A stretch of 64,000 nt of DNA, taken from contig JBKJIT010000003.1 in NCBI GenBank assembly GCA_046598345.1, forward strand, positions 5,089 through 69,088, in the 5' to 3' direction. The stretch's first letter is position 1. Each line of letters starts with the position of its first letter. The position numbers and the translations under genes are program-made. The notes under the pieces were generated by a model. The model did not search any database, was not told where the DNA came from, and saw only the letters and a list, made by a program, of their open reading frames with translations. This document shows, in pieces, positions 8,395-17,056 of the stretch. The stretch comes from Minisyncoccia bacterium. Lineage in GTDB: Bacteria; Patescibacteriota; Minisyncoccia; Phycocordibacterales; UBA918.

Positions 8395-9204
8395 ATGACT
8401 GACGTCTTATACTATTTACTCCATGGAATGCTTGCTCCCTCGCCCGTTTTTCTCATTGGGTACGTTATTGTAACTTCGCTTCTCACCCTCCTCGCGGTGT
8501 CCTGTTACCTACACCGCTCTCAAACTCACCGTGCTGTGAAATTCATTTCTCCCATAAGTCATGTTTTCCGGCTTATTCTTTGGCTTTTTACCGGAATGGT
8601 GACGAAGGAGTGGGTTGCGGTCCACAGGAAGCATCATGCATCGAACGACACCCCTGAAGATCCCCACAGCCCTCGTCATTTTGGTCTTAAAAAAATCCTT
8701 CTTGAAGGTGCTGATATTTATCGCGACGCAGGAAAAAATTACCCACACCTTATGGATGAGTACGGCGAAGGCACTCCTGATGATTGGATGGAGCGAAACG
8801 TGTACTCAGGAAAGCTTCGCAATTGGGGTATCCGTGTAACGCTTGTTGTTGAGCTTGCTCTCTTTGGCCTTCCTGCACTCATTATTTGGCCGATTCAAAT
8901 GCTTGTGATCCCCATAATGGCTGCAGGATTTATTAATGGGATCGCGCACGTCTATGGGTATCAGCGATATAAAGACGGGATGCCGAGAGGTAATGGAAAA
9001 GTATACGAACGTATTGGAGATGCACGAAACGTACCGACATACGGTCTTGTCGTTGGAGAAGAGTTTCACAACAACCACCACGCTGAGCAGGGCAACTACA
9101 AATTTTCACATGCATGGTACGAATTCGATCTCGCTGGAACACTTATTGAACTCATGACCTGGATAGGCTTTGCGTGGGTGCCAACCCGACCAAAAAACAA
9201 TTAG
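8395..9204 (+). CDS. Membrane fatty-acid (acyl-lipid/acyl-CoA delta9-type) desaturase
   Basis: Three histidine boxes: HRSQTH, HRKHHASNDTPEDPH, HNNHHAEQ. Multiple TM segments. Confidence 0.7.
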   Translation: MTDVLYYLLHGMLAPSPVFLIGYVIVTSLLTLLAVSCYLHRSQTHRAVKFISPISHVFRLILWLFTGMVTKEWVAVHRKHHASNDTPEDPHSPRHFGLKKILLEGADIYRDAGKNYPHLMDEYGEGTPDDWMERNVYSGKLRNWGIRVTLVVELALFGLPALIIWPIQMLVIPIMAAGFINGIAHVYGYQRYKDGMPRGNGKVYERIGDARNVPTYGLVVGEEFHNNHHAEQGNYKFSHAWYEFDLAGTLIELMTWIGFAWVPTRPKNN

Positions 9205-9355
9205 CGAGTGATGTCGACATGATGAATTGATGTGCTATAGTTTCGGGGCGCAATTTGGCGCTATCATATCAGTACATCTCAGCTGTACGCGTAAACAGTA
9301 CCCCGCACTGCTTACCCTTATTAAGGAGAAGGTACGCATGTACAATTAAATATAT

Positions 9356-9428
9356 CCGCCCATAGCTCAGCCGGTAGAGCAGCTCCCTTTTAAGGAGAAG
9401 GTCCTTGGTTCGATCCCAAGTGGGCGGA
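9356..9428 (+). tRNA. tRNA-Lys (anticodon UUU)
   Basis: Cloverleaf by hand: acceptor CCGCCCA/TGGGCGG, D-stem GCTC/GAGC, anticodon loop CTTTTAA, T-stem CTTGG/CCAAG with TTCGATC loop. No encoded CCA. Confidence 0.85.
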
Positions 9429-9437
9429 CTCACAAAA

Positions 9438-9476
9438 ACCAAAAGGACTAGTTCATATGAACTAGTCCTTTTGGTT
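9438..9476 (+). terminator. Perfect hairpin ACCAAAAGGACTAGTTCATATGAACTAGTCCTTTTGGT after tRNA-Lys
   Basis: 18-bp inverted repeat followed by TTT. Confidence 0.55.
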
Positions 9477-9651
9477 TAGCATGCAAACTGCTTTGCACGC
9501 GACGCATGTCCGAACCGGAATGATGTTTTTTGCCCCGAAAAACGAATGAGGCGGGATCGCGAACACTTAGGAGCGAAGCGAGTTAGTGATTCGTGATGAC
9601 AAAAGATTGAAACCTGAATAGTTCATGTACTCAAAAATTCCGAAGGCTGTT

Positions 9652-10062
9652 TTACTCCTCCCGCTTAAAATACTTGTACAAACTCGCAACACCGACAATC
9701 CGGAGCGTTCGAAGGATTCGTATCGCGCGAATTGCTTTGAGAAACGTAAAATTTCCAACCCCAATATACGTCGGTAGAATAGAGAGAAAATCAACAATAC
9801 CAAAAAAGCTGGTGAAATACCGAATTTTTTTTGCTGCTGTCCAAATTCTCGCTGCATACTCCACGGTAAAAATAATTGTCGTTATCCATTGAACGAAGAA
9901 AATCGTGAGTGGGTACGCCTCTCTCGCGAAGTGTTCAAAAAGAAACGCAATAAGCGAAACGAGTGCAGCAATGGCAAGTACTCCCTGCACACCCGCAAAA
10001 TACTTTGACGTTGGTACATTTAGGGACTCAGTAGTCGCATTTTTGAAGGCTGAAACATTCAT
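9652..10062 (-). CDS. Stand-alone voltage-sensor domain (S1-S4) protein without pore domain
   Basis: Four TM segments. S4-like FLKAIRAIRILRTLRIV with Arg at every third position. ATG overlaps the holA stop (ATGA at 10059-10062). Confidence 0.55.
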   Translation of the reverse strand: MNVSAFKNATTESLNVPTSKYFAGVQGVLAIAALVSLIAFLFEHFAREAYPLTIFFVQWITTIIFTVEYAARIWTAAKKIRYFTSFFGIVDFLSILPTYIGVGNFTFLKAIRAIRILRTLRIVGVASLYKYFKREE

Positions 10063-10760
10063 AGAGAAAGAGCCCATTTTTCCAGCGCTATATCCATATC
10101 CCGTTTCCCCAAATGCGCATCATGGTAGATGGTAAGAAGTTCCCTTGAGATTACATCCACTTCTCCCGGCTTAAATGATGCGAGCGCCCGCTTTGCTTTC
10201 GAGTACACAAAGGGTTTTTGTTTTGCTTCGTCCGCACTCTTTGTCTTCTCCGCAAGCCGGAGCATTTTCACCTGCCAATAGAGGGTTCCTAGAACTTCTT
10301 CCGGAGAAAGCCCTTCACGCCATGCCTGCATAAGAAGGAGCCAGAGCGTTTTCTTATCCCGCTCGAGGAATGCATTAGCGAGCCCAAATGCATTGAAACG
10401 TTCCTTTAATGCGCCGCTGTATTCGGTACACGCATCGGCATGTTTTGCGAGCGCTTTTACCTCCGCCGCTTTTAAAGCCCCCTCAATACAAATAAAAGTG
10501 TGCGCAGATTCGTGTAAGAGTTTTGCTTCCTGAGTAAGTTCTTCAAATGCATCTGGCTCCTCAGAGAGCGTATCGAGTATGATAATCTCACATCCCTGGA
10601 AGAGCGACATCCCGGTCGCCGCATTCGCGAGTATTCCTGGTTCATACGTTTCAGAAGTAATAGTTCGTGTGATCGTTTCTTCCGTCTCCAAAACATGCGC
10701 CTCTTTGAAAGCTTTTTCTCGAACTGTAATGACGTCACTTCCCCAGAAAACTCGAAGCAT
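10059..10760 (-). CDS. holA: DNA polymerase III delta subunit (HolA), short form
   Basis: MLRVFWGSD N-terminus and overall delta-subunit-like helical architecture. Confidence 0.65.
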   Translation of the reverse strand: MLRVFWGSDVITVREKAFKEAHVLETEETITRTITSETYEPGILANAATGMSLFQGCEIIILDTLSEEPDAFEELTQEAKLLHESAHTFICIEGALKAAEVKALAKHADACTEYSGALKERFNAFGLANAFLERDKKTLWLLLMQAWREGLSPEEVLGTLYWQVKMLRLAEKTKSADEAKQKPFVYSKAKRALASFKPGEVDVISRELLTIYHDAHLGKRDMDIALEKWALSL

Positions 10761-10773
10761 GATAGGGTAAAGT

Positions 10774-11193
10774 ATGCGCTATCTTACGTATTTCCTCAAT
10801 CTCCCCTGGACGCTCATTGGGCTTTTGAATGCGCTCATCGCTGTTCCCATAAAAATGGAATTTCGAAATGATGCGATTATTTTTCATACGAAAACTGTAG
10901 GACTTGTTGCCTTATACCAGCCAAAAGGGGCTGGGGTAGCCCTTGGTAACGTTGTGATCGTAAAACGCGATCTTGCTATAAAAATCCTTGATCATGAGCT
11001 TGTGCACATTGAGCAATTTATGCGCGAACCGTTTATTCATCCTTTTTTATACTCGATAGAACTCTTAAGAAAAGGATATTTCAACAATAAATATGAGTTC
11101 GAGGCCTATGAACGTACTGACAGTTGGCCAGACTATATCAAAAAAGACAAAGAAAATTTTCTTAAAAATTCCAAAGTAATACGGATCAAATAG
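10774..11193 (+). CDS. Hypothetical protein with HExxH (HELVH) motif, possible small zinc peptidase-like protein, N-terminal TM
   Basis: DHELVHIEQ motif; hydrophobic N-terminus. Confidence 0.35.
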   Translation: MRYLTYFLNLPWTLIGLLNALIAVPIKMEFRNDAIIFHTKTVGLVALYQPKGAGVALGNVVIVKRDLAIKILDHELVHIEQFMREPFIHPFLYSIELLRKGYFNNKYEFEAYERTDSWPDYIKKDKENFLKNSKVIRIK

Positions 11194-11208
11194 TACGACT
11201 ATCGATTT

Positions 11209-11310
11209 GATGCTAAATAGATGAGATGCGCGGCGGCAAGTCGTGAAAACGTGAGGCGTATTTTTATACGATGAACGTTTGAACGACGTAGCCAACAAAG
11301 CAGATCGCTA
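11209..11310. repeat. Inverted-repeat element copy A: ATGCTAAATAG ... CTATTTAGCAT (11-bp perfect terminal IRs, about 80-nt interior with internal hairpins)
   Basis: Lies between convergent genes. Related copy at 16988-17056 shares the IRs plus GAGATG and ATGAACG..AAC interior motifs. Confidence 0.5.
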
Positions 11311-13713
11311 TTTAGCATTAAATCGAGACATTTCCTCCCAATTAGGGCCAACCTTAACCTCAGCGCTAATCGGCACCCCCTTCCCCTCTTCATTCGTAAG
11401 TACTCCCTCCATAATCTCTTTAAGCTTTGGCACAATTTTCTTCGTATCACTCTTTTTAATTTCAAACACTAGTTCGTCGTGCACCTGAAGCATCATGTGC
11501 ACGCGATCGTTTAGTTTTTCCTTCGAAAGATACTCATGAATCCGAACCATCGCAATGCGGGCAACGTCAGCAGCGGTTCCCTGCACAGGAGCATTAATTG
11601 CCATGCGTTCTGCCTGCGCGCGAATAAATGGCGCACTCGAGTTCATACCAGGAAAATGACGGCGACGTCCGAAGAGGGTCTCGGTAAAGCCGTGACGCCT
11701 CGCATACGCCTTCGTTTCCTCCAAATACTCCGCAAGTCGTGTGAACGTATTAAAGTACGCAGTGAGAAATTCCTGTGCTGCAGCACGCGACGTCCCTTCA
11801 CCTAAGTTCGCCTTGAGAGCATTCACACCCATGCCATAGAGAATACCAAAATTGATAACCTTCGCCTGCCTTCGCATATCAGGTGTCACCTCATCTTCAC
11901 TCACTCCAAAGACGCGAGACGCAACCCCACGGTGCACATCCTCCCCGCGCTTGAAAATCTCCATGAGCTTTTCGTCGTGAGATAAAATCGCCGCAATACG
12001 AAGTTCAATTTGTGAGTAATCGATGGCGACCAAATCAAATCCTTCTTCTGCCATAAATGCACGTCTAATTGCCCTCCCTTCGTCAGTGCGAATTGGAATA
12101 TTTTGGACACTCGGATTTTCTGAAGCCATGCGTCCAGTGACCGCACCAGCTTGGAGAAACGTGGGGTGAATGCGTCCATCTTTCTGCACCACATCGGGAA
12201 GTGTGTCCACGTAGGTCGAGACAAGTTTCTGAAGTTCACGGTAACGGAGAATTTCCTTAATGATGGCGTGTTCATCAATAAGTTTCTCAAGCTCAGATTC
12301 GCGCGTCGATCGCTGACCCATTGCTGTCTTTTTTTGATTCTTAGGTTTAAGCCCTAACGTGTCATAGAGAATCTCACCCAGTTGTTTCGGTGAATTGATG
12401 TTGAACGTAACTCCAGCATGTCCATAAATTCTCTCTTCAAGGATAGTGAGTTCCTTATGAAATTTCTTTGAAAGTGTTTTAAGATACGGAACATCGATCG
12501 TTATACCAACCTTCCGCATACTGTCGAGCACGTCCATGAGTGGAAGTTCAAGCGTCGTATACAGTGCTTGGAGTTTTGGGTCTGCTTCCAAATCAGCAAA
12601 AATTTCCTTCCGGGCCTCTTCAAACGTAGGGGTTCGATCTTCCGTCCTCCTGTATGAGATAACATCATCAATCGTAGGGCTCGTCATGTCTGAATTAAGG
12701 AGCCAGAGCGCAATCGTAGTTTCGGTGAGTGTGCGAGGATCAACTGATGCCGCTTCAATACTAACCTCTTCTGCCATCACAACCCCAAAGAGAGATTTAA
12801 CGCGCACGCCAAGTGTACGGAACCCCAGTACGCTAAAGAGCGTGAGTACTTTTTCAACATCCAGATTCTCTCGCCACGTGCCTTGTGGAAGTGCGTAGGT
12901 AACTGGTGCATCTCGCCTGATGGTCGCAAGCATTTTTGAAAAGAGCGCCTCTTCTTCACTCGCCTTAAGGAGTTCCACAATACGCGCCTTGATCCCCGCA
13001 TCGAGAAGTGTCTTCTCATTTTTCTTCAGCTTTTTATAGAGGTCTTCTATTGACCCAAAGGCGACAATGAGATCAGTCGCGCTTTTTTCTCCAATTCCTT
13101 TCACGCCAGGAATATTGTCCGACGGGTCTCCTCGAAGTCCTTTGTAGTCGGGGACGAGTTTTGGTCCAAATCCAAATCGCTCTTTCACGAGCTTCTCCGT
13201 GTAAAGAATCGTATCTTTAATTCCTTTTTTTAGCGTGTACACCGTGACTCGCTCACCCTGAACAAGCTGGAGCGTATCCATATCCCCCGACGCAATGATT
13301 ATGCGGAGATCTTTCTCATCCTTAAATTGATGCGCGAGCGTTCCCAAAATATCATCAGCTTCAAAACCAGGGTGTTCGAGAATAGGAATGCCAAACGCAG
13401 CAAACACATCGCGCGAGCGTTCGATCTGACTCACGAGCAAATCATCCGTTTTCGTGCGAGTTGCTTTGTACCCCTCGTAAACCTGGTGACGATACGTAGG
13501 ATCAGGGAGATCAAAACACGAAACAATATAATCGGGTTTCAGTTCTTCTACGATTTTGAGAAGCATTGCAACGACGCCGTAGAGTGCCCCCGTTGGCTCT
13601 CCCGTAGGAGAAGTGAAGTCAGGGAGCGCATGATAGGCACGGTGCAGAATCGCATGCGCATCAAGGAGCACGAGCGTTTTCTTCGCACTTGTTTTTTTAG
13701 CTGTCTTTGTCAT
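11308..13713 (-). CDS. polA: DNA polymerase I (5'-3' exonuclease + Klenow-like polymerase)
   Basis: RRQAKVINFGILYGMG, VHDELVFE and other family A polymerase motifs. Start taken at MTKTAKK (13713), 17-nt overlap with tsaE. Confidence 0.9.
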   Translation of the reverse strand: MTKTAKKTSAKKTLVLLDAHAILHRAYHALPDFTSPTGEPTGALYGVVAMLLKIVEELKPDYIVSCFDLPDPTYRHQVYEGYKATRTKTDDLLVSQIERSRDVFAAFGIPILEHPGFEADDILGTLAHQFKDEKDLRIIIASGDMDTLQLVQGERVTVYTLKKGIKDTILYTEKLVKERFGFGPKLVPDYKGLRGDPSDNIPGVKGIGEKSATDLIVAFGSIEDLYKKLKKNEKTLLDAGIKARIVELLKASEEEALFSKMLATIRRDAPVTYALPQGTWRENLDVEKVLTLFSVLGFRTLGVRVKSLFGVVMAEEVSIEAASVDPRTLTETTIALWLLNSDMTSPTIDDVISYRRTEDRTPTFEEARKEIFADLEADPKLQALYTTLELPLMDVLDSMRKVGITIDVPYLKTLSKKFHKELTILEERIYGHAGVTFNINSPKQLGEILYDTLGLKPKNQKKTAMGQRSTRESELEKLIDEHAIIKEILRYRELQKLVSTYVDTLPDVVQKDGRIHPTFLQAGAVTGRMASENPSVQNIPIRTDEGRAIRRAFMAEEGFDLVAIDYSQIELRIAAILSHDEKLMEIFKRGEDVHRGVASRVFGVSEDEVTPDMRRQAKVINFGILYGMGVNALKANLGEGTSRAAAQEFLTAYFNTFTRLAEYLEETKAYARRHGFTETLFGRRRHFPGMNSSAPFIRAQAERMAINAPVQGTAADVARIAMVRIHEYLSKEKLNDRVHMMLQVHDELVFEIKKSDTKKIVPKLKEIMEGVLTNEEGKGVPISAEVKVGPNWEEMSRFNAK

Positions 13714-14140
13714 ATGTAAATGTTCTCGTACCGTCCTTTTCGAGAATGGTGATGTGAAGTGCATTGACTGGAATAAGACGCGGGATTCGCTCTGGCCATT
13801 CAAGGCAGACGAGATTCGATGGATCCTTCAGTATCTCTTCAAAATTAAGAACGCGCATTTCATCTTCATCATCGACACGATACGCATCAATATGTATGAG
13901 TGTCCGTAAAAAAGTATGCGAAGGAATTGCATGTGTTTTCATTATGACAAACGTGGGACTTGTAATGTGCTCAGTGATTCCCAACTCCCGAGCGAGTGCC
14001 TTTGTGAACGCAGTTTTTCCTGCCCCAAGCTCGCCTCGGAGCGTTATGATCTGTGCAGTTTCCTCCTGCGACAACGATGCCAGCACTTCCCTCGCAACTG
14101 ACGCGAGCGCAGATTCCTCCGTAACCGTATGGGTGACCAT
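13697..14140 (-). CDS. tsaE: tRNA t6A biosynthesis ATPase TsaE
   Basis: GELGAGKTAFTKALARELG ... SPTFVIM. Confidence 0.8.
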   Translation of the reverse strand: MVTHTVTEESALASVAREVLASLSQEETAQIITLRGELGAGKTAFTKALARELGITEHITSPTFVIMKTHAIPSHTFLRTLIHIDAYRVDDEDEMRVLNFEEILKDPSNLVCLEWPERIPRLIPVNALHITILEKDGTRTFTYDKDS

Positions 14141-14198
14141 GTGAGCATTCTACCACCCTAAAAAGAAACCGCTCGTCCATAACATATTGAAAAATAAT

Positions 14199-14233
14199 CA
14201 AAAAAAACCGCGTTGAACGAATCCAACGCGGGT
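14199..14233 (-). terminator. Rho-independent terminator for the minus-strand lipoprotein genes (CCGCGTTGAACGAATCCAACGCGG + T8 on minus strand)
   Basis: Hairpin with A8 on the plus strand upstream, which is T8 downstream on the minus strand. Confidence 0.55.
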
Positions 14234-14248
14234 ACTTCTGTTTGAAGG

Positions 14249-14536
14249 TCAATTATTTTTGCACTGCAGCCTTCTCGAGGAATCTGCTGCAGTTTCCTTT
14301 TCGGCCGAGTTTCTTGGACCAAACGGAGAGCTGTACAGGTACGGTTTTTGGTACACATTCACGCCGCGCTGCTCGTACTGCGTTCCCACTCCCTTCGGGC
14401 ATGCGGTATGAGACAGCCGCTGGAGTGCGAGACTGAGCTCGGGGTCGAGACCCTTCGTTTCCACGATGGTTCCACGGTGTGCACAACCACTGAGAAGCGA
14501 AATGGTGATACAAACGAACATGAACATTTTGTGCAT
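14249..14536 (-). CDS. Small lipoprotein (lipobox LLSGC), GC-rich
   Basis: MHKMFMFVCITISLLSGCAH. Confidence 0.5.
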   Translation of the reverse strand: MHKMFMFVCITISLLSGCAHRGTIVETKGLDPELSLALQRLSHTACPKGVGTQYEQRGVNVYQKPYLYSSPFGPRNSAEKETAADSSRRLQCKNN

Positions 14537-14545
14537 GGTTTCTCC

Positions 14546-14899
14546 TTATCGGCCGTATTGGTAATACGACGGGGTATAGGAAGGATAATACGAGGGGTAG
14601 GTGTACGACTGGATGGGCGTGGTGTAGATCGGATTCCCGAACTTCGCCTCGCTCTCCCATTCGTAGACACAGACGCCATTCACAACTCGAGCACGCTTCC
14701 TTTCGCCGCTTTCTCCGGTTTTACCATCCGAAAGCGTCCGGCCCCATGCAATGAAGTCTTCGACGCCCTTTGGAGGGATCGCACAATTGTGCGTGACTGC
14801 GGTTACTCCCGGGCGGTCGTGCCTTACCATCTTTTCCTTCGTGCAGCCGAAGATGCCGGTCGTGAGTGCCAAAAGCAGTGATACGATTCCATAGTTCAT
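14546..14899 (-). CDS. Small lipoprotein with C-terminal Tyr/Pro/Ser repeat (YTYPSYYPSYTPSYYQY), GC-rich
   Basis: Start MNYGIVSLLLALTTGIFGC, preceded by AAGGAGA SD. Confidence 0.55.
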   Translation of the reverse strand: MNYGIVSLLLALTTGIFGCTKEKMVRHDRPGVTAVTHNCAIPPKGVEDFIAWGRTLSDGKTGESGERKRARVVNGVCVYEWESEAKFGNPIYTTPIQSYTYPSYYPSYTPSYYQYGR

Positions 14900-15017
14900 G
14901 TGAATCTCCTTGAAAGGATCCAACGATTGTAGAAAAACAAGTGATTTAAACCAAGTTTAATTATACCATATCTAGGTATATTGTCAATCTTGGGGTAACC
15001 TCATAAATCCTTATTTT

Positions 15018-16694
15018 GTGCCGTGGTACCATGGGGGAATGCCGATTTTTGACGATAAAACGCAACAAACTCGAGTGGAAGAACTCCATCACCGAGAGGA
15101 GGAGGCACTTATTCGTGCTCTGGCTCCGAAGTATGGGTACCAATACGTCAATCTCCATGATGTCCCAATCGATAGCGACGCACTCACCCTCATCCCGGAA
15201 GCGGATGCGCGTCTGGCTGAGGTAGTCATTTTTGCTCATGGAAACAATGTACTTTCAATTGCAATCCGTAATCCTAAGAACCCTGAGTCGATCGAAATGC
15301 TCGAGCGGATTAAAAAAATTGGATATACCTCACAGGTATTCATGGCGTCTTTAGGCAGCATTGAATATGGCTGGGAGAAGTACAAAGATATAAAAAATAC
15401 GAGTGCAGAAAAAAGGGGTGTGCTCGACATTGATCCGGATGCGATTATTTCCTTTTCGAAGAGCATTGAGTCACATTTAGACGTTGCGGCAGCAGTAGCA
15501 GAAGTACAGAAAGGAAACGGTTCTGAACAGGTTACGAAAACAATCGAAGTTATTTTTGGAGGTGCCTTGGCACTTAAAGCATCTGACGTCCACATCGAAC
15601 CTGGACCTACAACCGCACGCATTCGGTACCGTCTCGATGGTGTGCTCTGGGATACCATCGATGTGCAAAAAGCACTCTACACACTGATTATTTCGAGGCT
15701 TAAACTTCTTTCAGGGCTGAAGCTCAACATCCACAACGAAGCGCAGGACGGACGATTCACGTTTGATATCGGGGACAGAAAAGTGGAAGTCCGTTCATCG
15801 GTGATTCCAGGTGGCTACGGCGAGTCTATTGTTATGCGACTCCTCGACCCTTCTGCTTCAAGCTTCAAACTTGAATATCTCGACTTGAATACCAGACTGC
15901 GGGAAATAATTACAGCAGAGTTGAAACGTCCGCATGGAGCAATTATTACAACGGGGCCAACGGGTTCAGGAAAAACGACAGCGCTCTATGCATTCCTTCA
16001 AGCAGTCCATACTCCTGAGATTAAGATTATTACCATCGAAGACCCTATTGAATACAAACTCACCGGTATCGTACAAACACAAGTGAGTGAGGACTATTCG
16101 TTTGCGGCTGGTCTCCGTGCCGTACTTCGTCAGGACCCCGACGTTATAATGGTTGGTGAAATCCGTGATCGAGAAGTGGCGGAAACGGTTGTTCACGCAG
16201 CGCTTACTGGGCACCTCGTGTTTTCTACCCTTCACACAAACAGTGCCGTTGGTGCAATCCCTCGCCTCGTCGACATTGGTGTTGACTCACGCATGATTGG
16301 AAGTGCATTCAATTTAATCTTAGGCCAGCGACTCGTCAGGCGGCTCTGTGAGAAATGTAAGGTGGAACGAAATGCGACCACAGAGGAACAGGTGCTGATC
16401 ACAAAGATTATGGAACAGCCCGTTGCGATCCACTCACTCTTTACCGCACCCGGGTGTGATGCCTGTGGCATGAGTGGGTTTAAGGGGCGATTAGGAATCT
16501 ACGAAGCGGTACAAATTGATAAGGAAATGGATGAGGCAATCATTAGTGACCCTAGAGAAGATAGTCTTCGCATTGCGGCGAAGGTACAAAAAATTCCAAA
16601 TCTCCAACAGGATGGGATTATGAAAGTACTTGCTGGTGACACTTCGCTTGAAGAACTCTCGCGTGTTATTGATCTCTATAACGGGGGACGCTAA
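15018..16694 (+). CDS. Type II secretion / type IV pilus assembly ATPase (GspE/PilB family)
   Basis: GspE N-domain, Walker A GPTGSGKTT, MVGEIRD, C-terminal CxxC...CxxC. Start ambiguous: GTG 15018 or ATG 15039. Confidence 0.85.
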   Translation: MPWYHGGMPIFDDKTQQTRVEELHHREEEALIRALAPKYGYQYVNLHDVPIDSDALTLIPEADARLAEVVIFAHGNNVLSIAIRNPKNPESIEMLERIKKIGYTSQVFMASLGSIEYGWEKYKDIKNTSAEKRGVLDIDPDAIISFSKSIESHLDVAAAVAEVQKGNGSEQVTKTIEVIFGGALALKASDVHIEPGPTTARIRYRLDGVLWDTIDVQKALYTLIISRLKLLSGLKLNIHNEAQDGRFTFDIGDRKVEVRSSVIPGGYGESIVMRLLDPSASSFKLEYLDLNTRLREIITAELKRPHGAIITTGPTGSGKTTALYAFLQAVHTPEIKIITIEDPIEYKLTGIVQTQVSEDYSFAAGLRAVLRQDPDVIMVGEIRDREVAETVVHAALTGHLVFSTLHTNSAVGAIPRLVDIGVDSRMIGSAFNLILGQRLVRRLCEKCKVERNATTEEQVLITKIMEQPVAIHSLFTAPGCDACGMSGFKGRLGIYEAVQIDKEMDEAIISDPREDSLRIAAKVQKIPNLQQDGIMKVLAGDTSLEELSRVIDLYNGGR

Positions 16695-16702
16695 CTGACA
16701 CA

Positions 16703-16736
16703 AAAAATCTCACGCGTGGGCGTGAGATTTTTTGTG
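16703..16736 (+). terminator. Rho-independent terminator AAAAATCTCACGCG-TGGG-CGTGAGATTTTTT
   Basis: Perfect stem + T-run. Confidence 0.7.
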
Positions 16737-16840
16737 TCTAAAACTTCTTTTATGTTAGAAATGAATTTTCTTTTTGGGTCAAGGGGGCATTTAGCGTTTG
16801 TATGCTATATTCCCTCTTAACACGTCTGCACCTTGAGATC

Positions 16841-16984
16841 ATCCAGGGTATAACCCTCTAAGCAAAGGCTTCCGTATGAAAGTGGCCTTCGGAACTAAGA
16901 AATAGTTCAGCGGTCACGCTCGAAGCGAGTGCCAAAATACCCTCGTACCGAGTGCCGGTTTACTTAGAGGGTTATCTCCTGGAT
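16841..16984. ncRNA. Candidate structured RNA (unclassified) closed by a long helix (7 bp + 13 bp perfect ATAACCCTCTAAG/CTTAGAGGGTTAT) enclosing about 100 nt with several hairpins
   Basis: Long-range complementarity 16841-16862 vs 16963-16984. Internal CTCGAAGCGAG and CC(UUCG)G-like hairpins; repeated CGAGTGCC. No ORF. Confidence 0.3.
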
Positions 16985-16987
16985 ATA

Positions 16988-17056
16988 GATGCTAAAAAGA
17001 AAAACATCTCGCCTGACGGCTGAGATGAACGAACTAACATGGCTATTTTAGCATGT
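16988..17056. repeat. Inverted-repeat element copy B: ATGCTAAAAAG ... CTATTTTAGCAT with internal hairpin CATCTC..GAGATG
   Basis: Same terminal IR as 11209-11310. Confidence 0.45.

Noticed and set aside
10472-10738. 88-aa minus-strand ORF inside holA in a different frame
   Set aside because: Arg/Leu-rich shadow ORF.
14253-14660. Alternative 135-aa ORF on the minus strand in the GC-rich island
   Set aside because: It overlaps both lipoprotein ORFs in another frame. The lipobox-bearing frames with an SD-preceded start are preferred.
16841-16984. RNase P RNA, SRP RNA, tmRNA or 6S identity for the structured spacer
   Set aside because: The hallmark motifs (GGAAAGUCCGGGC / ACAGAACCCGGCUUA; GGUCCGGAAGGAAGCAGC; tRNA-like 3' end) are absent, so it is left as an unclassified candidate.
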